This document shows, in pieces, positions 47,985 to 57,901 of a DNA stretch of 64,000 nt. The translations under genes and the position numbers were made by a program. A model generated the notes under the pieces. That model did not search any database and had not been told where the DNA came from. It worked only from the letters and a program-made list of their open reading frames with translations. Source of the stretch: a virus (taxonomy: Duplodnaviria; Caudoviricetes). How positions within the stretch are numbered: the first letter of the stretch is position 1; the number at the start of each line of letters is the position of its first letter. The DNA is taken from the IMG/VR virus record IMGVR_UViG_3300014697_000001, positions 160,001 to 224,000 of that record; one strand, written 5' to 3'.

Positions 47985-48024
47985 AGGAGCTCTCTCTATG
48001 AGAGCTCCTACTTATTTCTTTTTC
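47985..48024 (+). terminator. Hairpin/terminator
   Basis: AGGAGCTCTC-TCTAT-GAGAGCTCCT followed by a T-rich tract. Confidence 0.65.
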
Positions 48025-48044
48025 CCCAATTTTAAGGCCGAGTG

Positions 48045-50327
48045 ATGGAAAATCCATTTGTTCTTCCCAAAGACCAGTACACGCGCGACCTAGATCTGCT
48101 TAAAGGTTATTTCGATCAGAATATTCACTTTCTCACGACCATGACAGGTCAGCCCGAAGAGAAAGCCATGAATTTCCTTAAGCGAACCCTGTCGCGTGGT
48201 GGTGACTTCCCGCTCCGTGACCCGAACATGCTGGTCTTGAAGCAAGAAAGCCCAGGTAATCGCGTCAAGGACGAAATGACCCTGCTGACCTACGTCAAAA
48301 CAGTGACCGATAGCAAGCGCATCCTGTCGCCGTCAATGGTCTGCTATGAAAACCCCGAAGTGCTTAAGTCTCCGTCTGCCATTTTCGTTGAGAAAGGCAT
48401 TGCCGGCCGTAAGAAAGCCAAGACCGAGATGTTTTACGCCAAGGTAGCCGGGGATGAAGTCCTTGAAAAGATCAAGGATGCGGAACAGAACGCCAAGAAG
48501 ATCGGTATCAACTCCCTCTCTGGCATGCATGGCTTCTCCGGTAACATCCTGTACATTAAATCCGGCCACTCCAGCCTGACGTCGATGTGCCGGGCGGCAA
48601 CTGGATACGGCAACGCCAACAACGAACGCCTTCTGGCCGGGTCGAGGCATTACCACACCCCGACTATCGCTTTGGCCAATATGCTTTCACTGGTCACCAC
48701 TCAGCCGCACGACGTTTTCGAAGCGGCCATGGAAAAATGCGGGCTGGTCTACCCCACTGTCGAGCAAACGGCTGACTGTATTCGCCGCAGTACTGACCTG
48801 TACTGGCGTAACGCGGGACAATTCCAGAAAATCATTGACTACATCGCGCGCATCACCCCACTGGAACGTGCCATCATCGTTTATACCGGTGATCTGTACC
48901 ACATCGCCCAGTACAACGATGGTTTTGTTCGCACCATGATGGACAAACTGATCAAGTATGACCCGGCTTCAGACGCCACTGTGATCGAGGACCCGTACGC
49001 TATTCTGACGGGTAAGACATTCGACGGTGATCTGCTGATGCTGGCCACCTACCTCAATGCCGACCTTACCAAGGGGGAGAACTTTGACTCCCTCAAGGAT
49101 AAAGGCCTGACCGACGTACTGGCAAAGGTGGCGAAGACGGCGTATCATGTCCAAGGAGTCCTGGAGGAGTACTTTACCTTTATCCGGGTGTTCCTCACTC
49201 CGGTGGGTCTGACTCCAACGGTGGCCAACATCAAAGGCATCCTGCGACGCAGCGTGCTGGCTTCCGATACTGACTCGACCATTTTCACCACTCAGGAATG
49301 GGTGACGTGGTACACCGGTACCGACCGGCGGACAAGGGAAGGTGACGGCATTTGGTACGCCACGACGTTCATTGCCTGTCAGTGCATCGTGCATGTGTTG
49401 GCTAAATTGTCAGCGAACATGGGGGTGATCCAGCAGGACCTGCATCGGTTGACCATGAAGAACGAATACGCCTTCCCTGTATTCACCCTGACCAGCCGTG
49501 CCAAGCACTACTACGCATTCATGTCGGCCCGTGAGGGTAACGTCTATAAGGACTACGACATGGAGATCAAGGGCGTGGCGTTGCGGTCATCCACAGTGCC
49601 TCCGACTATCATCAAGGCAGCTAAAGGTCTGATGAAGGAAGTCATGACCCGTGCCGATGAAAACCGACAGTTCACCCTAGAGGAAGTCTATCAGATCGTC
49701 TGGCGGTATGAGCAGGACATCTATACCTCGATCAAGAAAGGTGAGCACCGCTACCTGAAGTCAGCTCAGATTCAGGAGTCGTACGCCAACATGAACAAGG
49801 ACGATCCGTACAAGGAGAAGACCAACTACCGACACTACCTGATGTGGGAAGATATCTTTGCCCCCAAGTACGGTCATGTAGAGTCCCCACCCTTTACGGT
49901 CATTAAGGTCCCGCTGGCAGTAAATAACAAGACTGACATGCAGACCTGGTTCAAACACTGCGACTCCATCGACCCTGAATTTGGGGCTCGTCTGCGCAAC
50001 TACTGCGTCCTGTCGGAGCGTGAGCAGATCAGCACCCTGATGCTGCCACTGTCTATCCTGTCGGGGACCGGAATGCCCGACGAAGTCATGGCGATGATCG
50101 ACATCCGTCGACTGACCTATGGTATCCTGGAGTCGTTCTACATGATCCTTGAGTCTCTTGGAATCTTCCAGGTCGACAGCAAGTACGTCAGGCTCATCAG
50201 TGACATCTATACCCCGAGCGGCGAAATCAATCTGCAGCCTTCGCCAACAGATGCCAACAGCACACTGGAGGACGATGATGACGATGATTTGTTCGAGGAC
50301 GACGATGAAGACTGGCTTCTCCTTTAA
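48045..50327 (+). CDS. Family B DNA polymerase, polymerase subunit (phiKZ gp50-like)
   Basis: RKKAK...KIGINSLSG (motif B), SDTDS (motif C), KHYY and EIKGVALR. Confidence 0.88.
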   Translation: MENPFVLPKDQYTRDLDLLKGYFDQNIHFLTTMTGQPEEKAMNFLKRTLSRGGDFPLRDPNMLVLKQESPGNRVKDEMTLLTYVKTVTDSKRILSPSMVCYENPEVLKSPSAIFVEKGIAGRKKAKTEMFYAKVAGDEVLEKIKDAEQNAKKIGINSLSGMHGFSGNILYIKSGHSSLTSMCRAATGYGNANNERLLAGSRHYHTPTIALANMLSLVTTQPHDVFEAAMEKCGLVYPTVEQTADCIRRSTDLYWRNAGQFQKIIDYIARITPLERAIIVYTGDLYHIAQYNDGFVRTMMDKLIKYDPASDATVIEDPYAILTGKTFDGDLLMLATYLNADLTKGENFDSLKDKGLTDVLAKVAKTAYHVQGVLEEYFTFIRVFLTPVGLTPTVANIKGILRRSVLASDTDSTIFTTQEWVTWYTGTDRRTREGDGIWYATTFIACQCIVHVLAKLSANMGVIQQDLHRLTMKNEYAFPVFTLTSRAKHYYAFMSAREGNVYKDYDMEIKGVALRSSTVPPTIIKAAKGLMKEVMTRADENRQFTLEEVYQIVWRYEQDIYTSIKKGEHRYLKSAQIQESYANMNKDDPYKEKTNYRHYLMWEDIFAPKYGHVESPPFTVIKVPLAVNNKTDMQTWFKHCDSIDPEFGARLRNYCVLSEREQISTLMLPLSILSGTGMPDEVMAMIDIRRLTYGILESFYMILESLGIFQVDSKYVRLISDIYTPSGEINLQPSPTDANSTLEDDDDDDLFEDDDEDWLLL

Positions 50328-50336
50328 AGGTGCACC

Positions 50337-50564
50337 ATGATAAACTCTCCATTGTTTGCCGCCACTGAGCTCAGCGGTATCTTCTCAAATCACGCAGGAT
50401 CGAAAAGGCCAAAGACCCGTTCGATCACCGTGAAACATGGGTTCACCAGCACCACCGTTGAAATCCCAGAGGTGGTTGAGCTTGATGAATTGCTGAGTAT
50501 CTTGGGACACTCGGTGAGACCACTTGACAGTGACTTGTCAGAGGTTCTCTTGGCCATGACATAA
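50337..50564 (+). CDS. Small hypothetical protein
   Basis: 75 aa, AAGGTG RBS. Confidence 0.55.
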   Translation: MINSPLFAATELSGIFSNHAGSKRPKTRSITVKHGFTSTTVEIPEVVELDELLSILGHSVRPLDSDLSEVLLAMT

Positions 50565-50571
50565 GCCAGAC

Positions 50572-50606
50572 GGCATAAGGAGGGGCCTCAGCCCCTCTCT
50601 ATGTCC
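50572..50606. terminator. Bidirectional GGCATA/TATG hairpin
   Basis: GGCATAAGGAGGGGC-CTCA-GCCCCTCTCTATGTCC between convergent genes. Confidence 0.7.
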
Positions 50607-51713
50607 TTATAGGTAAGGTTCGATGTGTTCGGCTATAAACCCGGCCACATAGTCGGCAACATTGGCCGGTACCTGGTTGACCAGGTACTTTCCAGACTGT
50701 GCTTCCTTAAGGCTTCGACGGATACGGTTTTTATCCGAATCGTTCTTGGCGTTAGAGCTTACTGCATCGAACTTAAGCAACATGGCAATGACTGGGAGTC
50801 TCGCGATGGTCAGCGCCCAGATCGCCTGGTTGGTGTAAGCAATGTCGGGCATCCGGACTGTCTGAAGCAGGTTGTCCTGACCGAACACGGGAGTGTTACT
50901 CAGGATGTCCTTGTAGAAGCTGGTCTGACTGCTGAACTTGTTGACAATTTCACCCAACCCCTTCGTCAAGCGAGGCCAGAGGTCTGTGGTGAAGAACGGC
51001 ATCGCCGAATCGATCTTGGTGTACTGCTCAGCTCCCAGCAAATGATGCGTGGTGTTGAGAACTGCCACATCCAGATGACTGGATAGCATATTCGGGATGA
51101 TGACTTGTGTGATAAAATGAGCAGCCGGCAGGGTATGGCCTTCAGGGGCCATGGTGCGCACCGCCATGCGCCAGAGATGATACTGACAGGCCAACAGCGG
51201 GATGTTCAATTCCAGCACGCTCATGGCGCCGTCGGGAAGCCCCTTGAACTCGGCTGTCCCATCTAGCTCAATGATACCACACCCCATCACCGGATGGCTC
51301 AGGACCCGAATGGGTGACATGTCCCGCCAGCCAAACCAGATCTGTGCTGGTGTCAGGTTATCATCGGTCACAGCGATGATGATCTCATTGACTCCCTTGC
51401 CGTAGAACTGACTCTTGGTATTGACTCGTCCGTGGTGGGCTGCGTTGCAGAAACCCATTTGTCCAGCCAGTCGGTTAACGATACTGCTGACTTGTAGATA
51501 ATAGTCGGGGAGATCACCGTCAAATGGAATGTCGATCAGGCCGAGGATCTTAAGGAGTACATGGTCACTTTTGAGGTAGCCTGGGTTCATTGCCCGGTAC
51601 TGTTTATAGCGCTCTACCTGAGTACCCATCAGTTCACGCTTGACGTAATCCAGCCCGAAGACCGTGGTGTTCGTCTGGCGCAACAGCTGGTCGGAGTTAA
51701 AAAGCGTGTACAT
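50607..51713 (-). CDS. Conserved protein (phiKZ gp52-like)
   Basis: 368 aa, AAGGA RBS; inverted gene between DNA polymerase and chimallin, as in phiKZ-like phages. Confidence 0.65.
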   Translation of the reverse strand: MYTLFNSDQLLRQTNTTVFGLDYVKRELMGTQVERYKQYRAMNPGYLKSDHVLLKILGLIDIPFDGDLPDYYLQVSSIVNRLAGQMGFCNAAHHGRVNTKSQFYGKGVNEIIIAVTDDNLTPAQIWFGWRDMSPIRVLSHPVMGCGIIELDGTAEFKGLPDGAMSVLELNIPLLACQYHLWRMAVRTMAPEGHTLPAAHFITQVIIPNMLSSHLDVAVLNTTHHLLGAEQYTKIDSAMPFFTTDLWPRLTKGLGEIVNKFSSQTSFYKDILSNTPVFGQDNLLQTVRMPDIAYTNQAIWALTIARLPVIAMLLKFDAVSSNAKNDSDKNRIRRSLKEAQSGKYLVNQVPANVADYVAGFIAEHIEPYL

Positions 51714-51928
51714 GATGATGGAGTCCTTGGGTAAAAGTCTAATCTCAAAGGATTGGCCGAACATGACAAATAGTAAAAAATAACTACCATTCCCCTATTG
51801 TATAGGAGATGTGCTCCTGACAGAGTTTTCACTCTGTCGCCAAGGGAGGGTATTTCCTTTTCCTGTGGATCACGTCGTATTTTTAAACGCAACCGTCGGA
51901 TTGTACGAGCCTAGGAATTAGAATTCCA

Positions 51929-51962
51929 TTCAAACAATTCATGGCGCTATATAATCCACGTG
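51929..51962 (+). promoter_or_regulatory. Putative early promoter of chimallin
   Basis: TTCAA-N14-TATATAAT-N5-TG. Confidence 0.65.
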
Positions 51963-52022
51963 AATATCCCTACGATGTTCACTAGGCCTAGTAAACAACG
52001 AAACCCCTCCAAGGAGTACACC

Positions 52023-53933
52023 ATGGCAGTTCAAGATAGCCACGACAACAGCAACAACTCTCAGGCACAGGACCCGTCCTACGAACCGGCTAACAGCCGT
52101 TCGTCCCGTCCGACCCCTCAGGAAAACCCGGTCCTGAACGCTGGTCTGCTGGATATCAACCGTCTGCTCGGCAGCCCGATGTCCCGTCGCACCAGCGGTG
52201 AATCCCTGGTCAACGCCATCAAGGCCGCTAAGTTCTGGTTCTCGGCCGAGCGTCAAGTAGCCGGTGCCGCTGCCATCGACCTGACCAAGATCCAAGTGCT
52301 GGGTCTGGACGGTCAGGAAAACAACGTCAGCATCTCCTCGGTGATCCTGGCGTACCCGATCGAAGATCAGGGCGTTACCAAGGTACTGGTTCACTCGCTG
52401 GTGCTGGAAGGCACGCTGAGCGACGAAACCCCGATCCGCAACGTCGAGATCAACCATCGCACCTACCCGCTGCCGATCATCGCTTCGGATTACGTGACCG
52501 AGTCGTACCTCGCCCTCATCGACGACATCGTCAAGAAGGCATTCGACCAGTCCCGTCGTTCCGTCGAAGTGATCCGTGGCGGCTGGCGTGTGGTTGACCG
52601 CAAGGTCGACTTCAACGATCCGGAAACTACCGAAGCGCGTCAGGTCATCTTCTACGCGCAGGCGGCTCTGTCCTCGATGTACAACGAGCTGTACCGCAAC
52701 GACATGTTCTTCAGCCTCGAGTGGCTCAACAAGCAGTCTACCCTCGAGATCAACGTCGACATGTCCGGCCGTGAAAGCGTCTCCGCCGACGGTCTGCCCC
52801 GCCGCAGCGACATCGCGGTATCGGTTGCAGGTACCGTTCGCAAGGGCGACCAGAACGTCACCGTGCCTCTGGCCAACCTGGGCGGTTACATGAACATCGT
52901 GTACACCCCGCCGCAGAACGAAGAGCGTTGGGCTCGTGACCGTCGTCGCGATCAGCCGTACTTCACCCCGACGTACATCATCAACCGCATGGACACCAGC
53001 GGCAACGCCATCACCCCGGAGCTCCTGCTCCTGGCACTGGCATCGTCCTCGGTGATCTCCAAGAACCAAGCGTGGGCCCGTACCTTCCTGCCGGGCGAAG
53101 TTGCCCGTGGTGAGATCGATGCTCGCGACAGCGGTCTGCTGAACATTCTCGGCCCGGATGAAGATCCGCAACCGATCGTGTTCGACAACCGTGGTTCGCT
53201 GGACGAAGAGAAGTGGGGTCAGTACTTCTTCAGTCTGGTCGATGAAAACCTGGTATACGCAATCGAGCTGGAAGAAGGTGGCGACAACAGCTGGCTGACC
53301 AGCCTGCTGCTGGATGCTGCAGACGACACTTCGGCCAACCGCGAAGCTGTTCGCCGTCTGTACGACTACGCTGACCGCCTGACTTCGGGCAACTTCAGCC
53401 GTCGTGCTCAAGAGCTGGGCGTAGAAAACCCGCTCGTGATGTCCGGTGCCCGTTACCTGACTGGTACCTGGCTGGACGAGAAGGGCAACGAGCGCGATCT
53501 GCGCGAATGGGACCTGCTCCGTTGGATGGCGCAGAACCCGAACGATGGTGGTGAAAGCGCCCTGCGTTATCAGGACGTGATCGACCGCACTGACCTGGAC
53601 GTGGAAATCCGCGTATCTGAGCAGTTCGACCAGCTGACCGGCGCCCTGCAGCAGAACGTCAAGTTCTCCCGCTACGTCGACCTGGCCTTCATCAACCCGC
53701 ACTTCATCGAAGCGCTGGCACTGGCGGTGGCCGATTGCAAGATCAACATCGATCAGCGTCAAGCTCACTTCACCTTCGGTGCTCGTCGTCTGCGTGGCAA
53801 CACTCGCATTCGCGACTTCCGTGGTGGCGATCTGACCCACGGTCTGCTGAACAGCCGTCGTGTGGTTAATGGCGATCAGCGCAGCCTGCGCAGCCATGTG
53901 AGCAACGGCTTCGGTCGCGGTTCGTCGTTCTAA
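52023..53933 (+). CDS. chmA: Chimallin, major phage-nucleus shell protein
   Basis: 636 aa, AAGGAG RBS, very strong codon bias, disordered termini and GLPRRSD motif; immediately upstream of nvRNAP beta-prime (phiKZ gp54 position). Confidence 0.85.
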   Translation: MAVQDSHDNSNNSQAQDPSYEPANSRSSRPTPQENPVLNAGLLDINRLLGSPMSRRTSGESLVNAIKAAKFWFSAERQVAGAAAIDLTKIQVLGLDGQENNVSISSVILAYPIEDQGVTKVLVHSLVLEGTLSDETPIRNVEINHRTYPLPIIASDYVTESYLALIDDIVKKAFDQSRRSVEVIRGGWRVVDRKVDFNDPETTEARQVIFYAQAALSSMYNELYRNDMFFSLEWLNKQSTLEINVDMSGRESVSADGLPRRSDIAVSVAGTVRKGDQNVTVPLANLGGYMNIVYTPPQNEERWARDRRRDQPYFTPTYIINRMDTSGNAITPELLLLALASSSVISKNQAWARTFLPGEVARGEIDARDSGLLNILGPDEDPQPIVFDNRGSLDEEKWGQYFFSLVDENLVYAIELEEGGDNSWLTSLLLDAADDTSANREAVRRLYDYADRLTSGNFSRRAQELGVENPLVMSGARYLTGTWLDEKGNERDLREWDLLRWMAQNPNDGGESALRYQDVIDRTDLDVEIRVSEQFDQLTGALQQNVKFSRYVDLAFINPHFIEALALAVADCKINIDQRQAHFTFGARRLRGNTRIRDFRGGDLTHGLLNSRRVVNGDQRSLRSHVSNGFGRGSSF

Positions 53934-53944
53934 GCAACACCATT

Positions 53945-53980
53945 AGAGAGGGGGAGCTCCGGCTCCCCCGATCTATGCCC
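53945..53980 (+). terminator. Hairpin + TATGCC after chimallin
   Basis: GGGGGAGC-TCCG-GCTCCCCC-GATCTATGCCC. Confidence 0.65.
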
Positions 53981-54030
53981 TTTCCATTAATTTTTATACT
54001 CACCAATAACCGCCAATAAAGGTACTGTAC

Positions 54031-55500
54031 ATGGCCATCAAAGAACGCAATGGCATTTACCTGAGTGTGGTCAACTACGACGACATCTTCCGTCATCAGG
54101 CGCATCCTGCGATCCTCATGAACGAGTTCAACATCGATCTGGAAGCCGATCGTCTTGAGCTTAATAACCTGATCTATGCCAGCCTTGACGGCGATTCGCT
54201 GAACAACACCGCCAGCTGTGACTGCGGTTCCATTGTCGGCATGGACAATTACAACATCCGTTGCAATAACTGCTTATCGCTGGTTGTCCCGGTTACCGAG
54301 AAGCCTCTGGAGTCTATCCTCTGGCTCAAAGCACCAGCGGGCATTAAAGCATTCATTAACCTTACGGTGTGGCGGATTCTGTCAAAGAACCTCAGCCATT
54401 CTAATTTCAACATCCTCGAGTACCTGACCAATCCCCGTTATCAACCGGCTGCTCCATTGGCTGCCGACAAGATGCGTAAACTTGAACGGCTCGAGATCCC
54501 ACGCGGCTACAACCACTTCATCGAGAACTATGAAGCCATCCTGGTTGCCCTGGCCAAGGCGTCACTGATTGGTCCGTCTGCCAGTGCACGGAAACGCCGC
54601 AAGATCATGCGCTTCCTTCAGGAGAATTTCGACCGGACGTTCTCCGAACACCTGCCATTTCCTACTCGCCTTGGCTTTATCCGCGAGTCGTCCAATAACC
54701 GGATCGTGTCCGACCCAAAGATGGTCCCGGCCATCGATGCGGCACACATCCTCATCGGTATCGACAACCGCGAAAACGCGGAGAACCAGCCCAAGCTTCC
54801 ACAGGCCAACAAAGAAGCGCGGATGGTCAATGCCCTCAATAACTTCAGCGAGTACTATAAGTCGTTCGAGTCTGAGGTCATCTTTAAGAAGCCTGGGATC
54901 ATGCGTAAGCTGATCTATGGTACCCGGCCATACTGGGGATTCCGTTCGGTCATCACCTCCCGGCAAAAGCCACATCGTCAAGATGGCCTGGAGATGCCAT
55001 GGTCGCTAAGTATCTTGTTGTTCAAGGTCCATCTGCAAAATAAGCTCATGGCGCGGGGCTATACACCCAACGAAATGAATGCCCTGATCTACGAGAACAC
55101 GTTGCGCTACCACCCGGATCTGCACAACCTGCTCAACGAACTGCTGAAGGAGTCACCCACCGGGACTATCCCCACGCTCTTTGGTCGTAACCCTACCCTC
55201 ACCCGAGGCAGTATCGGTTACAACCAGATCGATACATTCAAGACCGACCCGACCGACAACACCGTCAGCATGAGTCCCTTGAACCTGATCGATAAGAACG
55301 CTGACTTTGACGGCGATGCGCTATGGGGTGAGTTGCCACTGGATAAGAAGAACGATAAAGTAATGAGTCGATTCGATCCAGTGACCGGTATCATGGACCT
55401 CAACAAACCGTTCACAGTTTCCCGTAACACCACCTTGCCGCCACCACTGATTGCCAGCATGACGAACTGGCTGATCGAAGGTGACCAGGTTTCACGATAA
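54031..55500 (+). CDS. Non-virion RNA polymerase beta-prime N-terminal subunit (phiKZ gp55-56.1-like)
   Basis: Zn-binding CDCG...CNNC, KPGIMRK, RSVIT, RNPTL and catalytic NADFDGD. Confidence 0.93.
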   Translation: MAIKERNGIYLSVVNYDDIFRHQAHPAILMNEFNIDLEADRLELNNLIYASLDGDSLNNTASCDCGSIVGMDNYNIRCNNCLSLVVPVTEKPLESILWLKAPAGIKAFINLTVWRILSKNLSHSNFNILEYLTNPRYQPAAPLAADKMRKLERLEIPRGYNHFIENYEAILVALAKASLIGPSASARKRRKIMRFLQENFDRTFSEHLPFPTRLGFIRESSNNRIVSDPKMVPAIDAAHILIGIDNRENAENQPKLPQANKEARMVNALNNFSEYYKSFESEVIFKKPGIMRKLIYGTRPYWGFRSVITSRQKPHRQDGLEMPWSLSILLFKVHLQNKLMARGYTPNEMNALIYENTLRYHPDLHNLLNELLKESPTGTIPTLFGRNPTLTRGSIGYNQIDTFKTDPTDNTVSMSPLNLIDKNADFDGDALWGELPLDKKNDKVMSRFDPVTGIMDLNKPFTVSRNTTLPPPLIASMTNWLIEGDQVSR

Positions 55501-55554
55501 GGAGCAACTTATCATCCTACTCACCCATTCTCACAAAGGGGGCTAAGTCTCAAC

Positions 55555-56178
55555 ATGGCTATTGCAATGTATGCGGACGAGTCGGAATTTCGGTCGATGC
55601 ACTATGGGCTTCCGAAGTCAGAGGACCGGGCTGCCATTCGAAGCCGACTGGAGAACACAGCACGTTCCTTCGGGTTGATGGGCAGTGACCTGTATAACCG
55701 CGCCGTTGAGCGATTCGAGTCGTTTGACTTTGATCGCATCGAGCGCAAGGTCGATGCACTGAAACGTAAAGTCACCCACCTCTTCGACAAGGATTCCATC
55801 CGCCCGATGTCGAAGATTGGTCAATTCCAGCAAGCCGGCCCGGAACAGGCTCGCTGGCTCATGGCCAACCCACGGGCAAAGCAGTTGTTTGAGAAGGACA
55901 TGATGAATGGCTGGAGGGGTTTCCTCAAGCATGAAAATCGTGGCCGGATCGGCGAAGATGACCCTGATTACCAGGAAGTCACTAACGGACTGCTGCAATT
56001 CGATGAGCACGGCCACTCCAAGTTCGTCGAGTACTTGCATCTGTATGACTCTGATGGACGGACTCAGTTGACGTTTGCCGACCAGGTCACCATCCGTGAC
56101 TCCATGTGGGCCAATTTCAACACCTTCCTCGATGAAGGTTTGGACGACCCGAGTGATCCGGATAACGGCTCGCTTTGA
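55555..56178 (+). CDS. Conserved protein (phiKZ gp59-like)
   Basis: 207 aa with WLMANP, GEDDPDYQEVTNG and terminal DPSD...L; synteny. Confidence 0.6.
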   Translation: MAIAMYADESEFRSMHYGLPKSEDRAAIRSRLENTARSFGLMGSDLYNRAVERFESFDFDRIERKVDALKRKVTHLFDKDSIRPMSKIGQFQQAGPEQARWLMANPRAKQLFEKDMMNGWRGFLKHENRGRIGEDDPDYQEVTNGLLQFDEHGHSKFVEYLHLYDSDGRTQLTFADQVTIRDSMWANFNTFLDEGLDDPSDPDNGSL

Positions 56179-56268
56179 CTGATAGGGTGACACACCTGCC
56201 GATTGGTATGTGTGTCACCCCTTCCGTTACTGCCACCGCAATCCTTTTTCTTTGTCGGAGTCTTCCCC

Positions 56269-56709
56269 ATGTCCCGTGTGATTCCCGTCCTAGGCCCAGC
56301 AGGCTTCGCTTCTGACCTGACCATTAAAGCCGATGAGGCCATGGCCAACTTCTATATCACGCAGAAGTCTCAGTCGGACATGTACCGTGGGTCCCTGGTC
56401 AGTCTAGGGGCCATCATCAGTCGGTTTGGTAACAATCCAATTGAGCTGCAGAACGAGACTTACCGCGTCTTGCAGTCTTATTTTGAGCGTCAGTTTGATG
56501 CCGTAGATCTGAACGTCAACGCTGTCACGAAAGGGAACAGTATTGATTTACAGATCAGTGTTATCTTACGAGACGGAGACAAGAGCATTGACATTGTTCA
56601 CGTGGTAACATCCACGGACTCACGTATCCGTAGCATCATCGATTTACAAAACAACGGCCGGCCTTTCATCCCGGCTGATACCTTTAATGTACAAGGAGCT
56701 TCACTGTGA
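56269..56709 (+). CDS. Conserved hypothetical protein (phiKZ gp62-like)
   Basis: 146 aa, GGAG RBS, SQS..Y.G...SL motif; synteny. Confidence 0.6.
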   Translation: MSRVIPVLGPAGFASDLTIKADEAMANFYITQKSQSDMYRGSLVSLGAIISRFGNNPIELQNETYRVLQSYFERQFDAVDLNVNAVTKGNSIDLQISVILRDGDKSIDIVHVVTSTDSRIRSIIDLQNNGRPFIPADTFNVQGASL

Positions 56710-57263
56710 CCGAGCAAACCAAAGATCAGATCATCGCTGACCTCGAAGCGCGCGTAGCCACCCTCGAGTCCACCCTGATCGCCACCAACGATGCGCTTAC
56801 CAACATCCAGCGCTCCATCGTCGAACTGACTGCCGATCATGTTCAGCGTGTCTTCAACGATGACGTCCTGGTCGACTCCATCGCTCACCGCATCATGGTT
56901 GCTGGCGCCAACGCTATCTCCCACAAGGTCAAGTCTTCCAAGCAGCGCGCTCCCGAGCTGGTGGTAGTGGAAGGTTACGTCCCAGGCGCTATCCGTGTTA
57001 CCCTGACCGGCGACGGCACCGTGATCGAAGAGCAGACCGAAGACGGCCAGTGGGTCTCCGGCGACGCCATCTCCGAAGAGCTGCGCCAGCCGCACGTGGT
57101 CACCGTGTTTGGCGACCTGGTTGTCTCCTACGGCGGTCAGCTGGACCGTGCTTACTACGTGCTGGAATCCACCCACCTGGAAGAGTTCCGTCGTCAGACC
57201 TCGGCTCAGGCCATGGAAGTTACCCGCACTGTTGAAGAAGCAGCTGCTGAAACCATCCAGTAA
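56706..57263 (+). CDS. Hypothetical protein with N-terminal coiled coil
   Basis: 185 aa, AAGGAG RBS, strong codon bias. Confidence 0.8.
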   Translation: MTEQTKDQIIADLEARVATLESTLIATNDALTNIQRSIVELTADHVQRVFNDDVLVDSIAHRIMVAGANAISHKVKSSKQRAPELVVVEGYVPGAIRVTLTGDGTVIEEQTEDGQWVSGDAISEELRQPHVVTVFGDLVVSYGGQLDRAYYVLESTHLEEFRRQTSAQAMEVTRTVEEAAAETIQ

Positions 57264-57310
57264 GACGGCATAATGGGGCGGGTTAACCCGCCCTGTTCGA
57301 GGATATAGCC

Positions 57311-57901
57311 ATGCAACTGAACTCCGATGACTTCGAACGTCTGGAAGCCATGGATTACGAGAACAACGCCCGGTTGCGTGAATCGGACTTTGTTCGTCGT
57401 CTCCTGCCTCACCTGATCCCCTCGGAAGACGGGCGAAAGCGCGACGTTTCGATCTATGTCGCAGCAGCAGGTCATCCGAACCGCATGATCGATGTGGTCG
57501 CCGATTCGGACCCCAGCAAGCTTCTGTTCACCGTACCGCCGCTGATCTCCCAGACCCCCATGGTCATTCGATCACTCGATGCCCAACCTGGTACCGATAT
57601 CGGAGAGATCACCGCCCAGTTCGAAGCCCAGATTACCACCGAGCATCCCGGTTCTGTGATCAACGGATTCGTTCAGCGTCTGATGGCCATCAACTTCACC
57701 CCAGCCGAAGCAATTGAGGTTGCCTACGGCAGGATGTGGCTTCAGATCTACCGTCGGTACAACATCCCACTGGAACGCCTGTTCGGCGACCAGGCCAAAG
57801 CTATCGAAGCGGCGCTCGGTCCTGTAAAGGAGGAGCAACCCGCTTCCTCCACTCGGAACACCATGGATGAAATCGACGAAGACGACCTCGCACCCATCTG
57901 A
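57311..57901 (+). CDS. Conserved hypothetical protein
   Basis: 196 aa with LFTVPPL motif and acidic tail. Confidence 0.75.
   Translation: MQLNSDDFERLEAMDYENNARLRESDFVRRLLPHLIPSEDGRKRDVSIYVAAAGHPNRMIDVVADSDPSKLLFTVPPLISQTPMVIRSLDAQPGTDIGEITAQFEAQITTEHPGSVINGFVQRLMAINFTPAEAIEVAYGRMWLQIYRRYNIPLERLFGDQAKAIEAALGPVKEEQPASSTRNTMDEIDEDDLAPI

Noticed and set aside
51939-53897. 652-aa antisense ORF over chimallin
   Set aside because: Shadow frame produced by strong sense-strand codon bias; no RBS or motifs
23111-57293. Hairpin repeats as a CRISPR array, MITE or integron attC sites
   Set aside because: Dispersed at gene ends with variable stems; no regular spacers, target duplications, cas, transposase or integrase
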